Shown here piece after piece: positions 33,101 to 42,659 of a stretch of DNA of 64,000 bases (position 1 is the first letter of the stretch; each line of letters starts with the position of its first letter). Made by a program: the position numbers and the translations under genes. Origin of the DNA: a virus (lineage: Duplodnaviria; Caudoviricetes); IMG/VR virus record IMGVR_UViG_3300037507_003370, positions 1 through 64,000 of that record, one strand, 5' to 3'. Below the pieces are notes generated by a model. It was not told the origin of the DNA and did not search any database. It saw only the letters and a program-made list of their open reading frames with translations.

Positions 33101-33609
33101 TTATAGCAAAAATAGATGTTTCTACTGATAGCAGTCCAACTGAAGGCATGTTGGCTTTTCATACTAACGATGGATCAAGTTTACAAGAAAGAGTAAGAAT
33201 AACAGACGTTGGTAATGTAGGAATAGGAACATCAACTCCAGCAGAAAAATTAGATGTTGTTGGAAACGTTAATATAGATGGTAATCTTACTTTTGATAGT
33301 TATACTGAAAGTGTGGTATCTAATGGTAATAGTGGAGCTAGTAAAACTCTAAGCTTGGCCAGTGGAACTGTTCATACTTGTACCCTAACTGGTAACTGCA
33401 CGTTTACTATGCCCACAGCAACTGCCGGAAAGAGTTTTAGCATGTTCTTGAATAGTGGCAGTGGAAACTATACTGCGTCTTTCAGCGGAGTAAGATGGGC
33501 CGATAGTGCCATTCCAACAGCAACTATTACTGCTAGTAAAGTTGATATATATAGTTTCATTAGTGATGGTTCTTTCTGGTATGGTAGTTTCTCTCAAAAT
33601 TATGGTTAA
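30109..33609 (+). CDS. Tail/virion fibre protein
   Basis: Repeated GNVGIGTxxP...LHV units typical of phage fibres. Confidence 0.8.
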   Translation: MPNIIQHKRSSTPGAVPLATGLSQGELGINIGDGKLYTKNSSNAIINLGVSSISGTYITPASGTFQTIQFNTNVEPDLLRGQIGWNDTEGTVNVALTDNTDIHIGQHNFYRVRNQTGSVLYKGQAVYATGVHSNGIITPSLYVANGSVREVRFIGLILENINNNNNGYAIQFGHVTEIDTRGNVASNIAVGNETWADGDILYVHPTVSGKLTNVEPKHSISTAIILDAASNGKIFVRPTSYGHLNDNHDVNVSGVTNGQFLQYNSSTDYWVPSSSGNFTSLSVNGTGVISSSGGTTNYISKFTGGSTIGNSLVFDNGTNVGIGTTTPTSQLHVIGTGLFSSALLVNNNIVWHSGNFDSSNIVRTTGTQTISGVKTFADGLKVVGNGAGVPIELGVSQDAIVLFGKTSNGLGIGSNSFNFSDSSTNVIDSRELLIGLNANDPILTISRGLLFAGNSGVGVINYYDNGVAVSANRLIFDVTPATTLASANTTLRTTTADGNNIVLNLPNTSGTLALLTSINTTQITGTLPVNKGGTNITSYSNGQLLIGSGTSLVANTLSAGTGIAITNGSGTITINTSGLQTLLTNPVTGTGTGASTSGYLPRWNSTSGLNNSDIYQSGSNIGIGTVTPSGKLHVSGTIIASGGNSTNWNTAYGWGNHAVAGYITNYIPDGITIFGNDGSNQNIVFENDGAPVADITWDDLNDRLQINALQVNITAENGLIVETDSPIQFNPNGGGNVGIGIVNPTSKLHVAGDILATGSFIGGSGTASLPSFEFINDPDTGLFSPAANTFGISTSGAERLRVSNIGNVGIGTSSPGSPLTISTGGAAGTIDGASQTQIFQVNDASSSDYVNLGHFNCESNLSRGSFMLSNNGGNGAWQDNCLQFFTHGSSYGYGYYAGNLSDAGCAMIVTQGSEITKLQIGNFNAVPIEFFTSNTFRMMIDSGDGNVGIGTSTPQEKLDVDGNININGSIKHTVSASDISDNIAPITWYNIFNDVNSVIAKIDVSTDSSPTEGMLAFHTNDGSSLQERVRITDVGNVGIGTSTPAEKLDVVGNVNIDGNLTFDSYTESVVSNGNSGASKTLSLASGTVHTCTLTGNCTFTMPTATAGKSFSMFLNSGSGNYTASFSGVRWADSAIPTATITASKVDIYSFISDGSFWYGSFSQNYG

Positions 33610-33614
33610 TAATT

Positions 33615-34700
33615 ATGTTTAGTATAAGACAAAATCTCACTCAACGATCCTCAAGACTACCTAGAAAACGAAACCTTCTTGGTATGGATACTGTGTACAA
33701 GGCCCAACCATTTGTACAGGTTGTTGGTAAAAACGAGGATACTATTGGATTGAATTTTGTTAGTAAGGCACAACCGTTTGTTGCCGCATTTGATAATAGG
33801 CAAAAATCTCAATTAATATTAAGCGGAAATAACCATCCTGATGTACAATTATGGTTGAATAATATCTCATTAAATGGAGGCAGTGCTAGTTCTGGAACAA
33901 TTTCGGCATTAAATACCTTTTGTAATAGTATAGACAGTGCTGGGCTACGAAGTAAATTTTATAGACTTAATTTATTTTGTGGCAATAATTTAAATTCAGC
34001 TTTGGTTCCGCTATACGTTTCAACCAATTGGCTAAGTCCATCTTATGGATTTTCTGATTATGATAGAAATTTTAATTTTACAAATTCAGATTATTACGAA
34101 ACTGGATCTAGTGCTGGTTTAACTTCTAGCGGGGCTGATCCTACCCAGCAACTTGTTGGCACCAAGTATTTAGATACTGGATTTTTTCCTTCTATGGTTG
34201 GACCAGTTGGAAGTTTAATAGATAATTTACATATAGCAGCTACTGTTTCTACAACCGCAATATCTGCTGCTTTCCAAAGTATATTGTATGCTACTAATTC
34301 ATATGTTGATTTATGGTGGCTTGGTATTCAGTTACTTAGTGGATATGCTAATGTAAGAGCAAGCATAACACAGGCCTCATCAAACGGCATAAATGCTCAA
34401 TTGAGTCCGCTGTCAACAGGCTTAGTTTCTCCAGCAACTCATTTAATTAGTTCCAGGTTAACAACTACCGACTTTAGAGTTTATCAAGCTGGGTCACAAC
34501 TTGGAAGCACAAATACAACACCAATTACAGTCACCCTAACCCAACCAACTCCAACATTTTTGCTATTTAGACAAAGTGCTGGATATTATAGTAATCTGCG
34601 ATTAAGCGATTATTCGTTTGGAAAAGGATTAACAAGCTCAGAAGCTTCATCATATAGTAGCATACTACAAACTTTTAAAAATTCATTAACCAGGACTTGA
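33615..34700 (+). CDS. Virion protein, possible lectin/LamG-like
   Basis: Beta-rich, TKYLDTGF motif, in fibre cluster. Confidence 0.5.
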   Translation: MFSIRQNLTQRSSRLPRKRNLLGMDTVYKAQPFVQVVGKNEDTIGLNFVSKAQPFVAAFDNRQKSQLILSGNNHPDVQLWLNNISLNGGSASSGTISALNTFCNSIDSAGLRSKFYRLNLFCGNNLNSALVPLYVSTNWLSPSYGFSDYDRNFNFTNSDYYETGSSAGLTSSGADPTQQLVGTKYLDTGFFPSMVGPVGSLIDNLHIAATVSTTAISAAFQSILYATNSYVDLWWLGIQLLSGYANVRASITQASSNGINAQLSPLSTGLVSPATHLISSRLTTTDFRVYQAGSQLGSTNTTPITVTLTQPTPTFLLFRQSAGYYSNLRLSDYSFGKGLTSSEASSYSSILQTFKNSLTRT

Positions 34701-34701
34701 T

Positions 34702-37700
34702 ATGCCAACATTTTATTTAGATTATGAAAATGGAAATGATAATTATGGAGGAACTAGTTTCTCATTGTTGGCATCTGGTTCTGACGGGGCAATCTCTAGC
34801 ACAACATTTAGCTCTGCTACAGCCAACTTTCCAAATGATAACTCAATAGCCCCTCTTAAAAATATATGCTGGCACACCAATTTCTGGCAAAATTATGGGA
34901 CTTACAACGGCTGCAGATTGTTAAGCTTGGACTATTATGTCGATGAGATCATAAACGGTCCGACAGGGATAGATTCTTATATCTATTACCTTCAAGAATA
35001 TCCAACTGTCACGAATCATCTTGCCAGAACACAAGCTTCTCCTTTTGTTACATTATCAAATAGTACGCAGTATACATGTTCTGTTTACGTTAGAACTGCC
35101 GGGAGAAACAAGGTTATTCTTCAGTTATCAGATACGGCAAGATCAGCACGATTTAACTTGTCTAGTGGCACTGTTGAAGCAACAGGAGCCAGCGCAACAG
35201 CAGCAATTAGTAATGTTGGAGGTGGATGGTATAGATTAAGTATTACAGCAACATCGTCGGCCTCTGCATCAACCGATACTTTTGCTTTTTGTTTAGCCGA
35301 AGATAATTACACCGGATCAGACGCTTTTGGCCCCAGCTATATGGGAGATGCAACAAAAGGAATTTATTTCACAGCTGTTCAAATAGAGGCTTCGGCTTCT
35401 GTTACAACATATGAAAATCCTCCGGGACAAATATTGAGTATTTTTAATGGAAGCATATACGCTTACTATCATATAATAGCAAGAGTAAGTAGCACAAGCT
35501 TAACATTATCGGCCATTAGTTCAGGAACCGCATTAGCAAATACTAGTGCTCGTCAATACTTTATTGGTGGACGAATACAAACATTCACAAACGGATTAAC
35601 GGCAGTTAGAACTCATTCTTGTGATATTATAAGGGTTGAAGCTAGTCCAAGTCCAACAAGCATAGGAAATGCTACATGGAATGGATCTGGTTCTGCACCT
35701 ACTGTAGCAATAGCATCATCCACCAATGCTACTCCAATATCTATTACTACATCAGCCACACACGGATACTCAACCGGAGATACTGTATTTATATGTGATC
35801 ATCAAGGACACTCTGCTGTTAACGGAACATGGGAAATAGTGGTAACTGGACCAACTACATTTACACTTACAAATTCTGTTGGTACTGCAAGTGGTGGTGC
35901 TGGAACAGTAAGAAAAGCAACTAATTGCGTTATACGACTAGCATCTGCTCTAACCGAAAACATTGCTAGTCATGGCAACCAAGGTGAAGTAGGAGGAAGA
36001 ACAGCGTGGACAGCAACCGCTAATAATACTACCACGACATCGAGTACAACAAAACAAGGAAGCATGTCTGATAGCATATCCATTGGAGCAGCTTTTGCCA
36101 CAGGGTTAGTCGCATACAAGTCATTTTCAACCAAAGATCTAAGCGGATACCAACAGCTTAGTTTTTTTATACAGCAAACTGCTGGCGCAGTAGCAACAAG
36201 TGGCCAATTACAACTAAGGTTATGTAGCGATGCTGCTGGTGTAACGGCTGTAAATACTTTTAATATACCAGCTTTAGGAATCTTAAATAATTGGCATGTT
36301 TTTACCGTTGATCTTGGTACTAATTTAGGAAGTAGTATTCAAAGTGTAGCATTATATGCTGCTAGTGATTTAGGCGCACAAACTGTTTTATTGAGTAATA
36401 TTATTGCTTGCAAAGCTAGTTCTAGTGCGGACTCATTAAGTTTAACATCTCTTATTGGTAAAAATACAACTAACGAAAGTTGGTATCCTATAGAAAGTAT
36501 TGTTGGAACAAGAGTTATTATAGACGGAAGACTGTCTAACAATCCAACCGTTAGTACTGTGGGTAACTTTTCAAAAGGGTACTATGGAACTACTGAAACA
36601 ATAACAACATATAAAAGAGAAACAATTAAAACACCTCCGCAAAGTGCTGCTGCTAATGGTGTTCATATAATTAATGATAGTGCTAGTCACTTTGTTCCTT
36701 GTTTAACAATTGTTGGCGGATATGACAGAACTAATATGAGTACTCAGACCGGTATTACCTTCTTTGATGGACAAAATGGTTTGGGATACGGCATATCATC
36801 GGGATCCAGAGCTAGTTGGAGCTTTAAAAAGTTAGGATTTGTTAGATATGACAGAGTATCTGTCACAAATACAGGTTTTACTTGTTTTAAAGATTTTTAT
36901 GTTATAGGATGTAGTAATCAGTTTGATTCGCCAACAGCTACTCAGTTTTGTAAATTTGAAAATGTATTTTGTAATAATAATTTTATAGGTATGAATGCTG
37001 ATTTTGGTTTCAATGTGCATAAATTTACCAACTGCTATTTTTTAAGCAATAACAATAGCGCACTACGATTAAGCACATATAATAATGTTGTTTGGAATAA
37101 TTGTTCTTTTAACAATAATGGAGGCATAGCAATACTAAGTGCTGGAGGAGGAACAAATAATACTTGGAATAATTGCTCATTTCATAACAACCAAGGAGAA
37201 GCATATAGAACACAAGGAGTATCATCTAATGATGTGTTCAATAATTGTACAACTTCAAATATTAGTGTGTATAATGCTTTTTTTAGTTTTGGTGGAAGTA
37301 TATATTTAAATAATTGTTTAATCAATGAAAGCTCAGAATTTGGTTTTTATGGAGGAGGTAATGGCAGAATATATTGCACCACTCACGATAATACCTCTAA
37401 TAATTGGTTTATCTATACTGATTTTGGCTTGATAAGACCTCAAACAAGCGTAAGATATAGTAATACTGGATACGCATGGAGTTTGGCTCCAACAAGTGAT
37501 TATCGTAGAGATAATTATCCTCTTGATTTTCCAATATCTCAAATTGCTGTTAGTGCAAATAGCGTAGTTACAATCAAAGCGTGGATGAGGCGAACAAGTA
37601 CTGGTTTAATTTTTAGACTAAGGGTTAAGGGTGGACAAATAGCTGGAGTTACTAATGATGTAATAAGCTACATGACTGCTGCTGCTGATACTTGGGAACA

Positions 37701-37815
37701 AGTTTCTTTAAGTTTTACTCCTACCGAAGCTGGTGTTGTGGAACTATTAGCAGAGTGCTGGGGCGGATCAACATATACTGGATATATAGATGAATTAAGC
37801 ATAATACAAATATGA
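34702..37815 (+). CDS. Large receptor-binding/depolymerase-like protein
   Basis: Carbohydrate-binding-like modules plus C-terminal parallel beta-helix repeats (F.NC.F.NN). Confidence 0.6.
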   Translation: MPTFYLDYENGNDNYGGTSFSLLASGSDGAISSTTFSSATANFPNDNSIAPLKNICWHTNFWQNYGTYNGCRLLSLDYYVDEIINGPTGIDSYIYYLQEYPTVTNHLARTQASPFVTLSNSTQYTCSVYVRTAGRNKVILQLSDTARSARFNLSSGTVEATGASATAAISNVGGGWYRLSITATSSASASTDTFAFCLAEDNYTGSDAFGPSYMGDATKGIYFTAVQIEASASVTTYENPPGQILSIFNGSIYAYYHIIARVSSTSLTLSAISSGTALANTSARQYFIGGRIQTFTNGLTAVRTHSCDIIRVEASPSPTSIGNATWNGSGSAPTVAIASSTNATPISITTSATHGYSTGDTVFICDHQGHSAVNGTWEIVVTGPTTFTLTNSVGTASGGAGTVRKATNCVIRLASALTENIASHGNQGEVGGRTAWTATANNTTTTSSTTKQGSMSDSISIGAAFATGLVAYKSFSTKDLSGYQQLSFFIQQTAGAVATSGQLQLRLCSDAAGVTAVNTFNIPALGILNNWHVFTVDLGTNLGSSIQSVALYAASDLGAQTVLLSNIIACKASSSADSLSLTSLIGKNTTNESWYPIESIVGTRVIIDGRLSNNPTVSTVGNFSKGYYGTTETITTYKRETIKTPPQSAAANGVHIINDSASHFVPCLTIVGGYDRTNMSTQTGITFFDGQNGLGYGISSGSRASWSFKKLGFVRYDRVSVTNTGFTCFKDFYVIGCSNQFDSPTATQFCKFENVFCNNNFIGMNADFGFNVHKFTNCYFLSNNNSALRLSTYNNVVWNNCSFNNNGGIAILSAGGGTNNTWNNCSFHNNQGEAYRTQGVSSNDVFNNCTTSNISVYNAFFSFGGSIYLNNCLINESSEFGFYGGGNGRIYCTTHDNTSNNWFIYTDFGLIRPQTSVRYSNTGYAWSLAPTSDYRRDNYPLDFPISQIAVSANSVVTIKAWMRRTSTGLIFRLRVKGGQIAGVTNDVISYMTAAADTWEQVSLSFTPTEAGVVELLAECWGGSTYTGYIDELSIIQI

Positions 37816-37824
37816 GGTAAAAAT

Positions 37825-38007
37825 ATGGATTATAAAATTACTGAAGTCTTTCTTGATGAAGCCAATAAATATAGGACAAGAGTGGTTATTGACGAAAACT
37901 CAACCCAGTTCTTCAAATTTGATCACTATCCAACTCAAGAAGAAGTTAATGAATTAGTATCAAACTATTTACAATCACAAAATCCTAATAACGGAGAAAA
38001 TTTATGA
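37825..38007 (+). CDS. Small tail accessory protein
   Basis: GAGG RBS, coupled. Confidence 0.6.
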   Translation: MDYKITEVFLDEANKYRTRVVIDENSTQFFKFDHYPTQEEVNELVSNYLQSQNPNNGENL

Positions 38008-38336
38008 GTATTTTAGATAACAATCCACAAACTCCAGTTGATAAAGCCATTAGAGTAGCCAATAATATCAAAGGTACTACCAGACAAACTTTTCAAATGA
38101 TGACTAATGCTTTTAATATGGGTTCTAAAAATTTTTGGAACAATCCACACGCTACTCCTACTCAAATAGCAGAAGCCCTAGGAACCGATGCTAGGGAAGT
38201 ATTTGAATTACACTATGCATTAGGACAATTAATTAATAGTATAAAACCAGAGAGTATACAAGAAGGTTGGGCCGCTATTGGCCAATTTACCATGAACGAA
38301 GATGGTACTGTTACTATTATTGATAATAATACCTAA
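38004..38336 (+). CDS. Hypothetical protein
   Basis: Coupled ORF. Confidence 0.65.
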   Translation: MSILDNNPQTPVDKAIRVANNIKGTTRQTFQMMTNAFNMGSKNFWNNPHATPTQIAEALGTDAREVFELHYALGQLINSIKPESIQEGWAAIGQFTMNEDGTVTIIDNNT

Positions 38337-38358
38337 TAGACATTTATATAAATACCAG

Positions 38359-38374
38359 GGTGTATATATTACTG
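38359..38374 (+). promoter_or_regulatory. Putative late promoter (GGTGTA motif)
   Basis: GGTGTATATATTACTG, intergenic. Confidence 0.55.
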
Positions 38375-38417
38375 GTGCGATATATAAAATATAATCTAAT
38401 ATTCATAAGGATTATAG

Positions 38418-39848
38418 ATGGCAGCTACGAACTATGATTTTACTATAGAGCAGGGTACTATCTTTGGATTAGATTTTGTTTATAAAAACTCATCTAATCA
38501 AATAATAGACATGTCCAATTATTGTTGTACATTAAGAATACAACCAAATGGTGGATCAAACACAAACTTGATCACTTATAGTACCACAGGAATTAATGTA
38601 AAATCATCTTATGCTTTTATTCTTTATCCAACAGAAGGAAAGATGTCTCTAAGACTACCAGCAGAAACCACAAATTCTTTCGACTGGGAGTCTGCTATTT
38701 ATGAGTTAGAAGTCATTACACCTGAATTATTTTATAGAGGAGGCTCAAGAGTTGTTAAAAGACTTTTGAAAGGCACAATAACATTAGACAAAAGATCGAT
38801 ACCTTCCCCAACCATACCAACTTGTATCACCACCCAAGAAGGAGGAGACAATGCAGAAGCAGCAGCAGACGCTGCTGGCTTAACGTCTTCTTTTGGAATT
38901 TTAGACAGTTGCATAGGCTCTCCTTGCGAATTTATAGGAGGAGATGCAACAATATATGAATTTATCAATAGCTCAACAGATGAGAGTGTAATGTATTTAA
39001 GAGATAAAATTGTTGACGAAAATCCTTATGGTAAAAGTTCACCATTTCCTTTCTCATTATCCGCCCCAGAGTCTAAACTTATAGAAAGGGTGGATGTTTT
39101 CATCGACGGACTCACCCATTCTGCACCACAAGATATTAGATTATTATTAACCCATAATGGTAGTGGTGTTTTATTATTAGATCAAAATAAGTTTACTTCT
39201 TATTCGAACAAACCCAAGAATTTATCTTTTGTTATATCCGATTATGCTGTTACCAGACCCAACGGAGAACGTCCTACAGTTGCTAATGTTATCGACTATA
39301 ACTTTTCTTTATTGGAAAATAAAAATCTTGGAGTTGCTTTACCAGGAGTACAAGGTCAATTTTCTTTGAGTAATAAGCTTATATACGACGCATTTGATAG
39401 TAACGATTCTAATAGAGACATATCTGTTTATGGTAGTGGCCTTAAAACATTCGAAGGAATGAATGTTAATGGTAGTTGGAAATTATATGGTATAGACTAT
39501 AATAATGGAGATGCTGGGGCAATAAGAGCTATCAAATTAATAGTTTATTTCCAGAATGAACAATCTAATGATTTAAATAATTCTTCCTCATGCGGATTAT
39601 TGCCAAGAGCCATAACTCTTATTGGAACTGCGGTAACAATATCTGGAGATTTAACATCTCAATTGTCAAATAACGATATCATAATTATAGAATATAATAA
39701 TGGCACTGGTACAGTCGCGTCCACTAGAACAATTAGCTCAGCCCCAAGTTATAGTACAGGCACAGGAAACACAACTTTCACTATAGACTCTGCTATAGGA
39801 GGCACAGTTAATAATCCTAAATTAATAAAATATAATACTATAGGATAA
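38418..39848 (+). CDS. Virion protein with Ig-like N-terminus and proprotein-convertase P-domain-like module
   Basis: IERVDVFIDGLTHSAPQDIRLLL...LKTFEG.NVNGSWKL..ID...GDAGAI. Confidence 0.6.
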   Translation: MAATNYDFTIEQGTIFGLDFVYKNSSNQIIDMSNYCCTLRIQPNGGSNTNLITYSTTGINVKSSYAFILYPTEGKMSLRLPAETTNSFDWESAIYELEVITPELFYRGGSRVVKRLLKGTITLDKRSIPSPTIPTCITTQEGGDNAEAAADAAGLTSSFGILDSCIGSPCEFIGGDATIYEFINSSTDESVMYLRDKIVDENPYGKSSPFPFSLSAPESKLIERVDVFIDGLTHSAPQDIRLLLTHNGSGVLLLDQNKFTSYSNKPKNLSFVISDYAVTRPNGERPTVANVIDYNFSLLENKNLGVALPGVQGQFSLSNKLIYDAFDSNDSNRDISVYGSGLKTFEGMNVNGSWKLYGIDYNNGDAGAIRAIKLIVYFQNEQSNDLNNSSSCGLLPRAITLIGTAVTISGDLTSQLSNNDIIIIEYNNGTGTVASTRTISSAPSYSTGTGNTTFTIDSAIGGTVNNPKLIKYNTIG

Positions 39849-39852
39849 AATT

Positions 39853-40446
39853 ATGGCAGATAATATTTTAATAAATGGATCTGAAATATTAAATATAGAA
39901 GATAATTTATTTGTATCTAATATAATTGAAATAAGTTCTGGATTTCCTGGTCCTCAAGGTCCGCCCGGTAGAGATGGTAGTGTTGGTCCTCGTGGACCAA
40001 AAGGAAAAACCGGCAGTAGTGGGTCTTTAGGATTTTCTTCTTATCAATCCACAGGTTTTGGCAAAGCTCCAGGAACAAGTCTTAATTCTGAACTAGATCC
40101 TATTTATTTACAGTTAACTAATACTGGAGCATATTTTATTAAAATAGGAATGACATTTGAGCCCCGCAATGGTGCCACAAGCTTAAGTTCTATTACTAGT
40201 GATGTTAACGCTTTAATTACTTTACCAAATCAAGATATTACATATATATATGGTATAGATTCCAATGATCTAAACAATACATATATTAGAAATATATCTA
40301 GTAGTGGTTTTTCTTTTGAAAAAGAAATATTTTGCGTAACATCTACTCCCGATTTAATTTTTAGAGTATTTTGGACTTCTGATAGTACTAGTAGTTCGTA
40401 TCTATATAGAAACAAAGGATACATGTTTGCTATAAAAGCGATTTAG
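39853..40446 (+). CDS. Protein with short collagen-like repeat
   Basis: GFPGPQGPPGRDGSVGPRGPKGKTG. Confidence 0.7.
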   Translation: MADNILINGSEILNIEDNLFVSNIIEISSGFPGPQGPPGRDGSVGPRGPKGKTGSSGSLGFSSYQSTGFGKAPGTSLNSELDPIYLQLTNTGAYFIKIGMTFEPRNGATSLSSITSDVNALITLPNQDITYIYGIDSNDLNNTYIRNISSSGFSFEKEIFCVTSTPDLIFRVFWTSDSTSSSYLYRNKGYMFAIKAI

Positions 40447-40451
40447 GATTT

Positions 40452-41432
40452 ATGAAAGTTAAAATTTTAATTTATCTATATTATCCTTCCTTATGGGAAG
40501 AATACAAAGAATTATTGCTAAAAATAAAAGACTATATAGATATAGATTTATTATTATGTAATGATGACATAGAAAATAATAACGAATATATTGAGAAAGA
40601 TTGCTTAAATACTTTTAATGGGAACAGTATTGTTAGATATGTGGATAATAGAGGAGTTGATATAGGACCATTCCTATTACAAATGAAAGATCTAGATCCA
40701 AAAAAGCATAAATACTTTATTAAGTTACATTCTAAAAAATCTCTATGGGGTCGATATAAAAATGTAAATTGGAGGGAATTTTTAGTAAATGCATTAATAG
40801 GAAATAAAAATATTTTCCAAAATAACATTTCTAAAATGGATAATAACAATAAGATTGGAATGATAGGATCCAGAGCTCTTATCTTGAATAATGATAAAGA
40901 ATTTTATAATAAAAATATAATAGAATATTTAATGACTCATATTTTAAATTTATCAGATTATAATAATGATAATTGTAAATTCATTGGAGGAACAATGTTC
41001 ATGGCAAAATCAGAATTATTTAAAAAATATTTCCCCAATGAGATCTGCGACACTCTATACAATACTTTAAATTTTGGAATGATCTCAGATATAAAAGAAG
41101 GAACCATTCCCCATTCGCTAGAAAGAATATTTGGATATATTGTGGGCTTAGACAATCAGACAATAGAAGTATCTGATAGTGAAGATTTTATTCTCATAGA
41201 AAATAAAAACTTAAAAGAAATTTTTAAAATAATAATTACATACAATAACAATTGTTTTATATTTAATAAACCATTAATATGTGGTAAATTAATTAATAAT
41301 GTAAATGAAGATAATGATATATTTATCAATTGGCTTCATCTTTCTAAAAATGGTTCTATTAAGAAATATATAAAAAATAGCGATAACTTATATAATCAAA
41401 AAGGTATGAGCGCTATTATAAAGACTAATTGA
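40452..41432 (+). CDS. RgpF-like (rhamnan synthesis F) glycosyltransferase-related protein
   Basis: YLYYP..W, NRGVDIGPF, KLHSKKS...WR..L, FIGGTMF, HSLERIFG. Confidence 0.75.
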   Translation: MKVKILIYLYYPSLWEEYKELLLKIKDYIDIDLLLCNDDIENNNEYIEKDCLNTFNGNSIVRYVDNRGVDIGPFLLQMKDLDPKKHKYFIKLHSKKSLWGRYKNVNWREFLVNALIGNKNIFQNNISKMDNNNKIGMIGSRALILNNDKEFYNKNIIEYLMTHILNLSDYNNDNCKFIGGTMFMAKSELFKKYFPNEICDTLYNTLNFGMISDIKEGTIPHSLERIFGYIVGLDNQTIEVSDSEDFILIENKNLKEIFKIIITYNNNCFIFNKPLICGKLINNVNEDNDIFINWLHLSKNGSIKKYIKNSDNLYNQKGMSAIIKTN

Positions 41433-41441
41433 TCTATTTTA

Positions 41442-41457
41442 GGTGTAACTAATATTA
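41442..41457 (+). promoter_or_regulatory. Putative late promoter (GGTGTA motif)
   Basis: GGTGTAACTAATATTAG, intergenic. Confidence 0.55.
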
Positions 41458-41487
41458 GCACTCTTGCCATAGGGATAATATATAATT

Positions 41488-42006
41488 ATGTCAAATCCAT
41501 TTAGTAATATTATTTCAGAAAATTTTAAGCAAACATATAATTATGCAATAGATGCATTACTAGAGGATACTGCCTTAACAATACCGGCCACTTTTAAATA
41601 TTCTAGCACGTTCAGAGACTATTGTGGTAATTGTACATTTGATCCTATAGCTAACAAATCCTCAAACGAATATAATGGGACAGGACCTTCTCCATTTCAG
41701 AATAATAGTATTTGTCCTGTTTGCGGCGGATTTGGATATATAGACAAAGACTCAAAAGATACTGTTAGGATAGCAGTAATTCATGATACTAGATACTGGA
41801 TGGGTTGGAAATCAAAAACAGTTCAAATTCCGGATGGATCTGTACAAACAATATGTAAATATGAGCTAATAAATAAAATTAAAAACTGTAATTATGTTTA
41901 TTTTAATAACGATGATACAAATTTGTATACTCTGTCTGGAGAACCAGAAATAGCTGGACTTAGTTCGAAAGATTACTTAATTTGCATTTGGCAAAGACAA
42001 CAATGA
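41488..42006 (+). CDS. Head closure/neck-like protein with Zn-finger
   Basis: CGNC...CPVCGG; position before tail genes. Confidence 0.5.
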   Translation: MSNPFSNIISENFKQTYNYAIDALLEDTALTIPATFKYSSTFRDYCGNCTFDPIANKSSNEYNGTGPSPFQNNSICPVCGGFGYIDKDSKDTVRIAVIHDTRYWMGWKSKTVQIPDGSVQTICKYELINKIKNCNYVYFNNDDTNLYTLSGEPEIAGLSSKDYLICIWQRQQ

Positions 42007-42659
42007 CGCTAAAATTTAATATAAAAATAATAGAAACAGATTCTCAAATTAGAGCAGCAATGTTGAGGGCACTGGCTGATGAAGTTAATATAACTATATC
42101 AAAATCAATTCCATTTATAGAAAATCAAATAAAAGATATTGTTAAAAAAGCTATCATAAATGAACCAGAATATCAATCATTAATTGGAGGACAGCTCAGA
42201 TACGAATTAGGAATACCAGACGCATCATCAAGAGTTAATTCAATTATAGATGCCTGGATATCTAATATAGTTGTAATAAATAATGGGGTGAAAATTACTA
42301 ATAATGGTTTATCTGGCGGATTTAGTTTAGAAATGATAGCGAGAGATTTTGCTAACGTTTTATCCATGAATGATGCAAATGTTAATGATTCGCAAAGAGG
42401 CTACTCATTGCCATGGTTAAAATGGTTATTATTAGAAGGTGGAAATATTTTGGTAAAAGATTATAGTGTTAAATTTGGAGCTAGTATTTACTCTAGAACT
42501 GGTAATGCTATTATGGAAGATGACCCTGGATCAAATTGGAGAGTACCATCTCAATTTGCTGGTACAATTAATAATAATTGGATCACAAGAGCCATAGATA
42601 AATTAGATGATAATATATATAATATATTTCAAACAGAAATTACGAGACACATACCATGA
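41982..42659 (+). CDS. Neck/tail completion protein
   Basis: Synteny; LPWLKWLLLEG motif. Confidence 0.45.
   Translation: MHLAKTTMTLKFNIKIIETDSQIRAAMLRALADEVNITISKSIPFIENQIKDIVKKAIINEPEYQSLIGGQLRYELGIPDASSRVNSIIDAWISNIVVINNGVKITNNGLSGGFSLEMIARDFANVLSMNDANVNDSQRGYSLPWLKWLLLEGGNILVKDYSVKFGASIYSRTGNAIMEDDPGSNWRVPSQFAGTINNNWITRAIDKLDDNIYNIFQTEITRHIP

Noticed and set aside
26983-37815. Diversity-generating retroelement or invertible shufflon acting on fibres
   Set aside because: No reverse transcriptase or invertase, and no near-identical template/variable repeat pair with A-specific mismatches; repeats are diverged protein-level duplications.
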